A stretch of DNA of 64,000 nucleotides from Octopus sinensis (lineage: Eukaryota), in contig NC_043015.1 of the NCBI RefSeq assembly GCF_006345805.1, positions 50,902,001 through 50,966,000 of the forward strand, read 5' to 3'. Positions 38,771 through 51,348 of this stretch are shown here, in pieces; within the stretch, counting starts at the first letter, position 1, and every line of letters begins with the position of its first letter. A model generated the notes under the pieces. That model was not told where the DNA came from, did not search any database, and saw only the letters and a list, made by a program, of their open reading frames with translations. The position numbers and the translations under genes were made by a program.

Positions 38771-39396
38771 CTGGATGAAATTTCAACAAGATTTTTAAGT
38801 TTAATAAACATCACTGATGAGTCATTGGTCAGTTAATAATTATAAAGTATCCTCTGTAGCTAATTAGATCTGTCTAAAGCAGTGGTTCTCACTGGGGGTC
38901 CATATAAGGTTTTGTTGTTAAAATTAATGTGCAGGAGTAGCTGTGTGGTAAGAAGTTTGCTTCCCAACCGCATGGTTCTGGGTTCAGTCCCACCTTGGGC
39001 ATGTTTCTTCTACTATAGCCTTGGGCTGACCAAAGCCTTGTGAGTGGATTTGGTAGACATAAACTGAAAGAAACTGATGTATGTCATTTTTGTATCCTCT
39101 CCATTTTCTTATTAGCCGTATGAATTAAGGGTAAACCACTTTCTACCCTTGCCCATATATAACATTCAATTGTGAGATTGCCACACAATAACCAGCACTT
39201 GGGTACGAATAATTGGGTACAATACCAGCAGTATATTGGATAGGTACTATCCTTTAGTTAGTTTCTCAACCTCTAACTCACACAGAAATATATATATATA
39301 TATATATATATATTGGTAAAAACGGTAAGATAACAAAAGAAAGGAAGAGACCTCAATATTATGTAAATAGAGGAAATTTATCTATAAAATAATATG

Positions 39397-39552
39397 TTAC
39401 AATTACTCAATAGTCAAGATAAAACTTTGAGTTTCAGATGCCGAAGTGGAAATCCACAACACCATCTCTTCATAACCGAAGAGATGGTGTTGTGGATTTC
39501 CACTTCGGCATCTGAAACTCAGAGTTTTATCTTGACTATTGAATAATTGTAA
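39397..39552. repeat. near-perfect palindrome, 75-bp arms, 6-nt loop
   Basis: 39397-39471 vs 39478-39552, 2 mismatches, loop ATAACC. Confidence 0.92.
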
Positions 39553-39556
39553 TATG

Positions 39557-39591
<35 letters not shown>

Positions 39592-39594
<3 letters not shown>

Positions 39595-39977
39595 GGTGAT
39601 TCAAAAGTTGCCATACATAGGAACAATTTATCTTTTTTATAAGAAACAGCTTATAAGAACAACTTTTTTTATTTATTAAACAGGCTCTATTCTATATGGT
39701 TACCATTGTTTTGAATACACATTGCAATACGTTTACCCGACTCATTGTGAACTCGTAATAGCACATCTAGTGATGATATGTGGGCAAATGAGGTGGTGAT
39801 GCATTCCTTCAAATGATTTATGTCTTTTATCTTTCTGTGATAACCCTAACCCTAACTTTCAAATGCTCCCAAAGATAGAAATCAAGAGGGTCAGATCAGG
39901 GAATCTAGTGGGGATCTTATAAACTCTTTCTTATAAAAACATAAAGTTTTCCTATGCATGGAGACTTGAATCACCCT

Positions 39978-39978
<1 letters not shown>
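39592..39978 (-). mobile_element. internally deleted Tc1/mariner element
   Basis: TIRs CAGGGTGATTCAA...TTGAATCACCCTG within (TA)n. Minus-strand transposase remnants PLDFYLWEHLK and CIQNNGNHIE*. Confidence 0.8.
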
Positions 39979-40011
<33 letters not shown>

Positions 40012-40089
40012 ACAATTTAATAAATAAAATATATGCATACATACATACATATATATATGTACGTACCTACATCTATATGTATATATACA

Positions 40090-40135
<46 letters not shown>

Positions 40136-42532
40136 AGTACAGGACACCACAAATAAACGTAGAACACGAGAAACGAAAACATAAAAACAAACTAGGAAAT
40201 GGACTTTTTTTTTTCTTAACAATGAAAAAACAGAGTACAAGACAAACATATATATATATGTCTATATACACACACACCAGAGTAAGCACATAGATGTGAA
40301 ACAAGGTGGAAAAAAATAGTACTCGAATACCAGAAGTAGAGTAATATGCTTTATCAAAAAGCAGCAAAAATATCACAAAAACTGTTACACAGAGTTTCCT
40401 GTTCCCATTCGTCAGACAGTTTTGGTTAGAAAAACAAAACTGTCTGACAAACGGGAATATGAAACTCTGAGTAACAGATTTTGTGATATTTTTCCGGCTT
40501 TTAAATAAAGTATATATATGTGAGTGTGTGTGTGTGTATGTATGTATGTTCGTCCACCCACCATCGCTTGACAACCGATGTTGGTGTGTTTACATCCCCA
40601 TAACTTAGTTGTTCAGCTAAAGAGACCGACAGAATAAGTACTAGGCTTACAAGGAATAAGTTCTGGGGTCAATTTGTTTGACTAAATCCCTTTAAGGCAG
40701 TTGCTCCAGCATGGCCACAGTCAAATGGCCGAAACAAGCAAAAGAGTAAAGGAGAATAAATTGCTTATATTTTCTACACAAAATATTATTTTTTTTATAC
40801 AATTTCTAATAATATTCAATTATAAAAAATAGTGTAGGGTTTATCTTATATACATCCTGTGCTGGCGACACATAAAAGGCACCTGTGCCAGTGATATGAA
40901 AAAGACACCCAGTACACATGGTCGAGTGGTGGGCATCTGGAAGGGCATCCAGCCATAGAATGGCATGCTAAAAGAGACTGATGCCTGGTGCAGCCCTCTG
41001 GCTTATCAGCTCCAGTCAAATCGTCCAACCCATGCCAGCAAGGAAAATGGATGTTAAATGATGATGATGATGATGATATTGAAAGGCTATGGAGGTCCAG
41101 CAGAGTAAAACAGGAATCAGAAAAGATTCCGTAGGCAAAAAATGGTTAAAGAACCACTGCTTTAGAGGCTGCATGGAAAACTTCTGGTTAGTCAGAAGGG
41201 TAAGGGTGATGCTAAAGGGCTTTTTGCTAGGGCCACCAAGACCAATGGGAAAAGGAGAGGAATATCTTCTGTTTTTTCTACCTTGTCTGAATTCTTGCAA
41301 CAAACTGGACACAGGTAATGGCACCAGGTAGCAGATTAAGCTAAGGAATGATTTAGTCTACCAACCTACACATTCTAGCATCATGATTCATCGGAAAATA
41401 GTTTGGAATGGTTTTGCATTGCCTTCTCCTAGCCTAGGGAAGGATATGAGTTGAAAAGGAGACATTAATTATAAACTCTCTGATATGCAGATGACAGAAG
41501 TCAAAGTTTATCATCATTTTTAGCCAGCTGTCTGATAATCTAAGACCAAGACTGATGGCTTCTGCAGTGAAAATGGCAAAGAGCTGTCCAAGAAAAGATT
41601 TGGATGATACATCAACAGATCAAGTATTTATGTACATCATCGTCATCGTTTAAAATCCGTTTTCCATGCTGGCATGAGTTGGGTGGTTTGACTGAGGACT
41701 GGCAAGCCAGGAGGCTGCACCAGGCTCCAATCTGGGAATTGTTCATGATGGTCATGAATATTATCATAATGGTGTCTGGCATGAGGGCACATGGCTTAGT
41801 GGTTAAGGTGTTTGGCTCAAGATTGTAAGGACGTGCGTTTGATTCCTGGTGGTGCATTGTAACCTTGAGCAAGACACTTTATTTCCCGGTGCTCCAGTTC
41901 ACACAGCTGGCACAAATGATCTGTACCTGTAATTCAAAGGGGTCAGTCTTGTCACATAAAGGAGCTTTGAAATGCATGTTATGAGATTATCACACAGATG
42001 GCATTAAGTGAAGCAATAGGGTGATACCCAAGCTTTCAACTACAAGTGAACATCTGGCCAAAACATTCTGCTGTCTGTTTTATGTTCAAACAGACTAGAT
42101 CTGGTGTCTCACACCTACCCTACAATGTCATTCTAATGAAACAAAACTCCGTTGCTGGGATACTCAAACTTTCCAGGTGACTGAATGGATCACGGGTTGT
42201 CTAATGTCTTTCTAAAAGTAAACAATTAGATCATCAAAAACTTGAAGTTATATGATAATGTATGATTAATTCAAAACAATGTGAATAAATAAGCATTACA
42301 TTTAGACAGAATAATCTGAATGCTAAAGGGTTAAAATATGCCTGATGATGATGGATTTTTTGCCATGATGTGATCTATGAATGCATCAATAAAATGTTCC
42401 TGAAATGGGTGTAGTGAATTTTGAACCCCACTCGTGATTTTCTTTTGTACATATGCTGAACTTGGACATAGCCCGGGGATGTATCTACAATTTATATCGG
42501 ACTGGGTAACTACGTTTATATGCATCTGTCTA

Positions 42533-42544
<12 letters not shown>

Positions 42545-42580
<36 letters not shown>

Positions 42581-43582
42581 AGTTATGAGAGGTATGGTGT
42601 GAAGAAGACCCAAAGGTGTCAGGTAATGCTGAGTAAGTGCTATGGATAGACCATAGTTAAGCTCCAGGTTCGGTGTTTATGTGAATGAGGAGCCCAACAT
42701 AGGTCATGTGTATATATAAAAATTAACAGAATGAGATAAAAATCCAAGGCTGTGAAAGATTTTAGAACATTTATAAATATATGGTCTTACAGCTGTTTCT
42801 GGGATATTTTATATATCCTTTCATTGAATATTCCTTTCTTTTCCCATTGGTCTTGGTGGCCCTAGCAAAAAGCCATTTGGCATTACTCTTACCCTTCTGA
42901 CTAGTCTTCCATCTATAGCTAGATGTGTGAGTGTATATATATACATACAGCATACAACCAACAAACAACAACTTTAAGTTGCTCCAGTACCTGGCCTATA
43001 TTTGGTACCCATCGAACCAAGTGAAATCATAGTCTGATGCCAGTGTCGTAAAACTGGTACTGATGTTAGCGGCGTGTACAAAGCATCCATTACACTCTCA
43101 AAGTGGTCGGCATTAAGAAAGGCATCCAGCCATAGAAACCATGCTGAATTAGACTGGAAGTTGGTGCAGCTCTTTGGCTTACCAGTTCCAGTAGTTAAAC
43201 TATCTAATCCATGCCAGCATGGAAAGCAGATGCTAAGTGATGACAATGATGATGATGATAACGACTGTTTTTGTTATTATTATTATCATTATTGTTTTTA
43301 CGTATTTTTGTATTCTTATTCGTGTAACATCGTCCATTTTTCATCATTGTTTTGTATATATTCGAGGCTTTCTTCCAAGGAATCTAATGCTCTTGGCTTA
43401 GATTTTCCTTGGGGCTGGTCAGATCGGAGCAATCTCAAGATTAATCAGCCGAAATTGCGAGGATGATCCGGTTCTTGACTGAAGATTGAAGGCTTCGAAT
43501 GTCCCGTCCGTGTTTTTTGTATCGTCTTCTAATGTTTTGTGTTCTTGTCCCAGATTGTATTTTTTTACATATACATACATAC

Positions 43583-43639
<57 letters not shown>

Positions 43640-44643
43640 AGTTATGAGAGGTATGGTGTGAAGAAGACCCAAAGGTGTCAGGTAATGCTGAGTAAGTGCT
43701 ATGGATAGACCATAGTTAAGCTCCAGGTTCGGTGTTTATGTGAATGAGGAGCCCAACATAGGTCATGTGTATATATAAAAATTAACAGAATGAGATAAAA
43801 ATCCAAGGCTGTGAAAGATTTTAGAACATTTATAAATATATGGTCTTACAGCTGTTTCTGGGATATTTTATATATCCTTTCATTGAATATTCCTTTCTTT
43901 TCCCATTGGTCTTGGTGGCCCTAGCAAAAAGCCATTTGGCATTACTCTTACCCTTCTGACTAGTCTTCCATCTATAGCTAGATGTGTGAGTGTATATATA
44001 TACATACAGCATACAACCAACAAACAACAACTTTAAGTTGCTCCAGTACCTGGCCTATATTTGGTACCCATCGAACCAAGTGAAATCATAGTCTGATGCC
44101 AGTGTCGTAAAACTGGTACTGATGTTAGCGGCGTGTACAAAGCATCCATTACACTCTCAAAGTGGTCGGCATTAAGAAAGGCATCCAGCCATAGAAACCA
44201 TGCTGAATTAGACTGGAAGTTGGTGCAGCTCTTTGGCTTACCAGTTCCAGTAGTTAAACTATCTAATCCATGCCAGCATGGAAAGCAGATGCTAAGTGAT
44301 GACAATGATGATGATGATAACGACTGTTTTTGTTATTATTATTATCATTATTGTTTTTACGTATTTTTGTATTCTTATTCGTGTAACATCGTCCATTTTT
44401 CCATCATTGTTTTGTATATATTCGAGGCTTTCTTCCAAGGAATCTAATGCTCTTGGCTTAGATTTTCCTTGGGGCTGGTCAGATCGGAGCAATCTCAAGA
44501 TTAATCAGCCGAAATTGCGAGGATGATCCGGTTCTTGACTGAAGATTGAAGGCTTCGAATGTCCCGTCCGTGTTTTTTGTATCGTCTTCTAAATGTTTTG
44601 TGTTCTTGTCCCAGATTGTATTTTTTTACATATACATACATAC

Positions 44644-44692
<49 letters not shown>
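42545..44692 (+). repeat. tandem duplication of a 1.06-kb unit bounded by (AT)n
   Basis: Identical ORFs 1059 nt apart (42771/43830, 42974/44033). By eye only two 1-nt indels differ outside the microsatellites. Confidence 0.93.
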
Positions 44693-44696
<4 letters not shown>

Positions 44697-45456
44697 GCCT
44701 CACTGAGGAAATGACCAGCGACCGAGACCTTTGGAAATATTCTGTACGTGAGAAGACCAGGCAGGACAAGTGAGCACAGCCCACTTATGAATGCCTTTCC
44801 TCCCTTGGACACAAAGACCTGTTGAGGCAAGCGAAGTCGATATAGAACCTCATCCGACGACAGGCACCCATGCCAACCCCCTTTGCTTGCGAAGACATGT
44901 TGGGGCAAGCGAAATCGAATTGAACCAGCCAGGATCCCTGGTCTGGTGGTACGTAAAAAGCACTATCCGACTCGTGGCCTATGCCAGCGCTGCCTTCACT
45001 GGCTTCCGTGCCGGTGGCACGTAAAATACACCAATCTGACCGTACGACAGGCACCCATGCCAACCCCCTTGCTTGCGAAGACATGTTGGGGCAAGCGAAA
45101 TCGAAATCGAATTGAACCAGCCAGGATCCCTGGTCTGGTGGTACGTAAAAAGCACTATCCGACTCGTGGCCGATGCCAGCTCCGCCTCGTCTGGCTTCCG
45201 TGCCGGTGGCACATAAAATACACCAATCCGACCGTGGCCGTTGCCAGCCTCGCCTGGCACCTGTGCAGGTGGCACGTAAAAAGCACCCACTACACTCACG
45301 GAGTGGTTGGCGTTAGGAAGGGCATCCAGCTGTAGAAACACTGCCAGATAAGACTGGAGCCTGGTGCAGCCTTCTGGCTTCCCAGATCCCCGGTCGAACC
45401 GTCCAACCCATGCTAGCATGGAGAACGGACGTTAAACGATGATGATGATGATGATG
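44693..45456 (+). mobile_element. RTE LINE 3' fragment with an internal tandem duplication of about 190 bp
   Basis: LGLTEEMTSDRDLWKYSVREKTRQDK*, duplicated GACAGGCACCCATGCCAACCCC...GACTCGTGGCC module, (GAT)n tail. Confidence 0.82.
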
Positions 45457-45664
45457 AGTCTACTCTGCTGAGTGGTCGGTGTTAGGAAGGGCATCCGGCT
45501 GTAAAAATCCTGCCAAAACAGTTACAGAAGTCTGGTGCAGCCTTCTGCCTGGCTGGCTCCTGTCAAACTGTCCCACCAATCCTAGCATGGAAGACAGATG
45601 TTAAATAATGATGATGATGATACATATATGTATGTATGTATGTATGCTTGAATGTATGTATTAC

Positions 45665-45759
45665 CTCAGTCGAACATAGGCTGACATTGTTGGATCCTGG
45701 AGTAATTCAGCTTCATGTGGTGAGATGGTCTGAAGAAAAACACTTGTGATACACTGTTC
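45665..45759 (-). CDS. CXorf58: CXorf58-like protein, coding exon
   Basis: ttttgtAG|GAA...CTG-AG|GTaata. EQCITSVFLQTISPHEAELLQDPTMSAYVRL(R), similar to human VAPLEAKLIKDPTMQCKIRF. 95 nt. Confidence 0.92.
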
Positions 45760-46362
45760 CTACAAAAAAAAAAATGCTACATGTTAATATTTGCCTCCTC
45801 TAAGGCAACAAGCTGGCAGAATCGTTAGTACGCCAGGCAAAACGCTCAGTGGCATTTTGTCCGTCTTTATGTTCTGAGCTCAGATTCTGCCATGGTCGAA
45901 CTTGCCTTTCATCCTTGAACACTGGGGGTCAATGTAATCGACTTACCCCCTACCCCAAACTTGTTGGCTTTGTGCCAGAATTTGAAACCAATATCAGAAT
46001 TTGCAGAAGCAAACAACCCATGCTAGTATGTTTGGAAAACAAAATACATATTGAATTCCTTTGTGTTTGTAGAGTTTATAAAAATAAGGGAGAAAGAAAA
46101 TGGAATCCACGAAGCTCTTTATTATTCACTATAATAGGCACAGGCATGGCCGGGCAGCAAGAAGCTTGCTTCCCAACCACATGGTTCTGGGTTCACTCCC
46201 ACTATTGAATATAAAAACCAGCATCCACATGGTTCCAAGTTCAGTCTCACCTTGAGTAAGTGTCTTCTATTATAGTTCCAGGCTGACCAAAACCTTGTGG
46301 GTGAATTTGATAGTCAGAAACTGAAAGAAGACCATCAGCCCATCTTATAATATATACACATA

Positions 46363-46425
<63 letters not shown>

Positions 46426-46474
46426 TATACATATATATACATACATGCAGACATATATATATATATATATATAT

Positions 46475-46542
46475 ATAGTATAGTGGGATAAGTATCCCCG
46501 CCTGTCACGCGGGAGACTGGGGCTCGATTCCCCGTCAGGGAG
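46475..46542 (+). pseudogene. tRNA-Asp(GTC), 5'-truncated by an (AT)n array
   Basis: TAGTATAGTGG..AGTATCCCCGCCT-GTC-ACGCGGGAGAC..GGCTCGATTCCCCGTCAGGGAG. Anticodon 46504-46506, T8 terminator 46547-46554. The 5' acceptor strand (expected TCCCTG) is absent and T54 is C. Confidence 0.85.
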
Positions 46543-47526
46543 GCTCTTTTTTTTAGGTGTGGGAGTAGCTGTGTGGTAAGTAGCTTGCTTACAAACCACA
46601 TGGTTCTGGATTCAGTCCCACTGTGTGGCACCTTGGGCAAGTGTCTTCTACTATAGCTTTAGGCTGATGAAAGCCTTGTGACTGGATTTTGTAGACAGAA
46701 ACTGAAAGAAGCCCATCGTATATACATATATATATATGTATGTATGTATGTATATATTTGTGTGTCTGTGTTTGTCCCCCTCCCCCAACCATTGCTTGAC
46801 AACCGATGTTGGTGTGCTTACATCCTCGTAACATAAGTGGTCCGGCAAAAGAGACCGATACAATAAGAAGTGCGCTTACAAAGAATAAGTCCTGGGGTCG
46901 ATTTGTTTGACTAAAGGTGGTGTTCCAGCATGGCTGAAACAAATAAAAGAATACAATTGTTTTGATTGTACTGATGTCTCACATACGTATATGCATGTGT
47001 GTGTGTGTGTGTGTGTATCTGCAATGTGTGTGTTTGTGTTTGCCCACCACTGCCGTTTGATGGTCAGTGTTGTTGAGAAGTGAAATTGAACCAGTGTGTG
47101 TATGTTTGTTGTAAGTGAATTGAGTAGATGGAAACTGCTTGGAAGCCTGTCATATCAACATCATCATTCAATGTCTGTTTTCCATGCTGGATTTGACAGG
47201 ATATCTGGTGATCCATGGGGCTGCATTGTGTTCAACACGTGTGTGTGTATGCATCCGTCTTGTCCACTTCCACTATTGCCATTGCTGCCACCACCACCAC
47301 CATTTGACAACCGGTGTTGGTTTGTTTGAATCCACATAACTTAGCAGATCAGCTATAGAGGCCAATGGAATTAGCAGAAGGCTTAAAAAAAAAAAAACAA
47401 GTACTTGGGTGGCGTCAATATTTTTTGCACCTAAAATCCTTCAGAGCAGTGGTCAGGCATGGTCGCAGTCCAGTGACTGAATCAAGTGAAAAAATCAAAA
47501 AAAAAAAGGAACTTATCTCTACATAC

Positions 47527-47619
47527 AGCAGCGCAAACGGCATGTTTCAAAAGCTTAAATATCTTCCGGTCCCTGTTGGATAACCAGGCTCTTTCAATCG
47601 TTTGAACTGCTTCTCTCAT
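47527..47619 (-). CDS. CXorf58: CXorf58-like protein, coding exon with IQ-like motif
   Basis: T-run...gcaacAG|ATG...GCT-GCT|GTatgt. MREAVQTIERAWLSNRDRKIFKLLKHAVCAA, similar to human AQIIQRAWLS..KMIFRLLKHAICAA. The eight exons total 1092 nt, i.e. 363 aa plus stop. Confidence 0.92.
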
Positions 47620-48599
47620 CTGTTGCATGTAAAAAAAAAAAAAAAAAAAAAAAGATAAAAACACAGAACAAATAAATAAATCATGGCAGGCCAAACTGCT
47701 GCACTTTGCATGGCAAATGCAGATCTGCACACAAAAGATTTGTTTTAGCTTTGTGGTTTATTAACAACCTCAACTGTGTGGTTTTGAGTTTGTCTCATCC
47801 AGAAACAGTTGTAGGAGTAGTTGTGTGGTGAGAAGTTTGCCTCCTGACCGCACGGTTCTGAGTTCAGTCCCGCTGTGTGACACCATGTGTAAGTGACTTT
47901 TATCTTAACCTTGAACTGACCAAAGCGTTGTGAGTGGATTTGGTAGACAGAAACTGAAAGAAGCCCATCATATGCAGGCATACATATATGTGCGTGTGTG
48001 TCAGAATTTGCTCCCCATCACTGCTTAACTAGTCTTGGTGTGTTTAATGTCCTTGCAACTTATATATATATATATATATAGGTTAACCCAAACAAGAAAG
48101 CACAAAAAAAACACAACAACGCGAGGACGTGGAACAAATATAGTATTATTGGACGCTCAGGAAAGAAGGAAAGAAGGAGGGTTTAACGTTTCGAGTGGAG
48201 CTCTTTGTCGGAAACATAGGAGAAGGAAAGATCCAGAGAAGGGAAGACAGAGGGATAAAAATCGCCAACGGTACACACGAGGTCACATATATATATATGT
48301 GGAGGCGCAATGGCCCAGTGGTTAGGGCAGCGGACTCGCGGTTGTAGGATTGCAGTTTCGATTCCCAGACCGGGCGTTGTGAGTGTTTATTGAGCGAAAA
48401 CACCTAATGCTCCACAAGGCTCTGGCAGTGGGAGGTGGCAACCCTGCTGTACTCTTTCGCCACAACTTTCTCTCACTCTTTCTTCTGTTGGTCTGCTCGC
48501 TTAGCCAGCAGGGCGGTGTCATTTGAAGGCTAAAACAATGCGAAGCGCATTGTGACCAGCGATGTGTAGCAGCATCTGATAGCCTGGTCGGTCACGGCG

Positions 48600-48675
<76 letters not shown>

Positions 48676-48677
48676 TT

Positions 48678-49094
48678 AAAAGAAGAAAAGAAAATGAAGA
48701 TAAGGAAGTTAGCAATTTTTTGTTATTAACAACAAATTGGTCACCTTCGCTTCTTACAGCCGTTTCAATTAATACTCAATAATTTAATTACAAATCTGTA
48801 CATTAAATTTGCATTGATGTGACATGAGCATAATTTCATCAGAGAGAAAGAAAAAAAAAGATGTACCTTGAAATATTGTATGTAGACTTATTAATTCATT
48901 TCAGAAATGAATTGATAGGTCCACATATAACTTTCAAAAGTACATCTTTTTTTCTCTAATGAAATTATACTCATGTACAAATTTGTTATTAAAGTATTGA
49001 GTATTAATTGAATGGGCTATAAGAAGGGAAGATGACCAATTTGTTAATAATAAACAATAATTAACTTCCTTATTTCCATTTTCTTTTCCTCTTT
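48678..49094. repeat. degenerate fold-back element, arms about 200 bp
   Basis: Centre ATTCATTTC-A-GAAATGAAT at 48903. Arms align throughout (e.g. CAAATTGGTCA / TGACCAATTTG) with one extra segment of about 22 nt in the left arm. Confidence 0.8.
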
Positions 49095-49240
49095 GAAATG
49101 GATATAAACTATATGCTTAATATATACCTACTGTTTTCAGGGAATTTCATTCCGTCAAAATACTCAGTATTGAATCAGTATTCCTTTATTTACATAATAT
49201 CGAGGTCTCGTTCATTCTTTTGTTGTCAATCTATTATTAT

Positions 49241-49284
<44 letters not shown>

Positions 49285-50554
49285 AGTGCACCCCTTGCCG
49301 ATGGCATGTAGAAAGCACCCACTGCCACTCTTGGAATGTTTGGCATTAAGAAGTGCATCCAACTGTAGAAACCAAGCCAAATCAAACTGGGACCTGGTGC
49401 AGCTGCGCTCAAACAGTCCAACCGAAGCCAGGATAGATAACAGATGTTAAATGATGACGATGATGATGGTGTGGTGGTAGTGGTAATGATGATGATGATA
49501 ATGATGATGATGACGATAATGATGATGATTTTCTATGCTTCAAAGAGTGAAACAGAATCTATTGTGGCTGATTATCTACAGCTGGATACTCTTCCAGTCA
49601 CAAACCCTCACCTGTTTCCTGTTCAGGTGATATTTCCTCATGACTGGATATGCTTTCAAAGAATATTGGAAACAAAGGACACCGCTTGTATGACAGTGAC
49701 ACTCATTTACAACTATCACACAATATTAAAGCAAGGAGACAGTAACACACACACACAAAAGCGTATATATGATGAGCTTCTTTTAGTTTCATCTCACAAG
49801 GCTTTGGTTGGCTTGCAGCTATAGTAGAAGAAACTTGCCCAAGGTGCCATGCAGTGGGACTGAACCTTGAACCATGTGGTTGGGAAGCAAACTTCTAACC
49901 ACACAGCCATGCTTGTCACTGTCTTTTCTTTATTTGAAAGAGTATTAGGGTGTAACTTGAAGTAGGTTTGGCTGTTGTTTCTAGCAGAGTGACTAACCAC
50001 AACCACTTAGAGCTTCTCCCATTAGCTATTTGCACCGTATTATAATGTTCTTGTTTAAAGTGTTCTTCAAGACTGGAGCAACAACAACAAAAGAATGAAA
50101 AGAACAAAAAGGAAACAAAAAACAAAACGAAATAAAACCAAACAAAATAAAAAAAAAACAAAACAAAAAACAATAAAAGCGAACAAAATAGAAAAAGAAA
50201 AGAAAAGGGAAAAAATGATAAGCAAAAAGAAAAGACAACAAATTAATAATAATAATAATAATAATAATGATTTCTTTTATTTGCCATGAGGGTGAAGAAT
50301 GAGGGGACAATACAAAGACAGACATAAAGTGTGGGTGGGTGGGGGGTTACATATAATGAAATGATTTTAAAAATGTATATATATATAGATATATCATCAT
50401 CGTCATTGGTTAACATGCATACACACACACATATATATATATATATACACATGTATATATATGTGTGTGTGTGTATGTATATATATATATATATATATAA
50501 AGGATATACAGTATACAATAAAACAGAGATGCATATATAGTATGCAACAGTAGA

Positions 50555-50587
<33 letters not shown>

Positions 50588-51058
50588 CATCAATAGTAAT
50601 AATAATAACAATAATGATAACAATAATAATAATAACGATAATAATAATGATGATAATGATGGTGATAATAATAACAATAATAATAATAATGATAATAATA
50701 ACAATAATAATAATAATGATAATAATAACAATAATAATAATAATGATAATAATAATGATGGTGATAATGTTAATAATAATAATGATGATGATAATGATAA
50801 TGATGATGATGATGATGATGATAATGTTAATAATAATAATGATAATGATGATGATGATGATGATGATAATGATGATGATGATAATGATGATGATGATGAT
50901 GATGATAATGTTAATAATAATAATGATAATGATGATGATGATAATGATGATGATAATAATAATAATAAAAAAATCTCACATACTCGTCTTTCCGCCATTG
51001 TGTTTTATTGAAAAAACTTTCTCATAAATTGTTCTGAAAGTCCATTTTTATATTTTAC

Positions 51059-51166
51059 CAATTTCCTGCTGTGATATATTTTCTTGTAAAGTAGATCTGA
51101 ACATTGATTGTTACATGAGGTAGCACTTGAGTGAATCGGTTGATTCTCCTCTTGAACGCTTCATTT
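51059..51166 (-). other. candidate upstream exon of the CXorf58-like gene (5'UTR with uORF, or first coding exon with a 1-nt frame defect)
   Basis: Strong acceptor ttttcctctcctttttatcttttcccAG| and donor TTG|GTaaaa. ATG at 51164 is one nucleotide out of frame with the open phase-0 frame. Confidence 0.55.
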
Positions 51167-51348
51167 CTGGGAAAAGATAAAAAGGAGAGGAAAATTAAAA
51201 CGAAGGCGCCAGCATGGCTGTGCCAATGAGAAGTTTGCTTTCCAATCACAAGGTTCCAGATTCAGTCCCCAGCTGCGTACACCTTGGACAAGTGTATCTT
51301 ACTATAGCCCTCGAGCTGACCAAAGCCTTGTGAGTAGATTTTGCAGAT

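Noticed and set aside
42771-44305. Duplicated ORFs as a duplicated gene
   Set aside because: They are repeat-derived sequence (RTE-type tail and a fragment also seen inverted near 41185-41265) within the tandem duplication.
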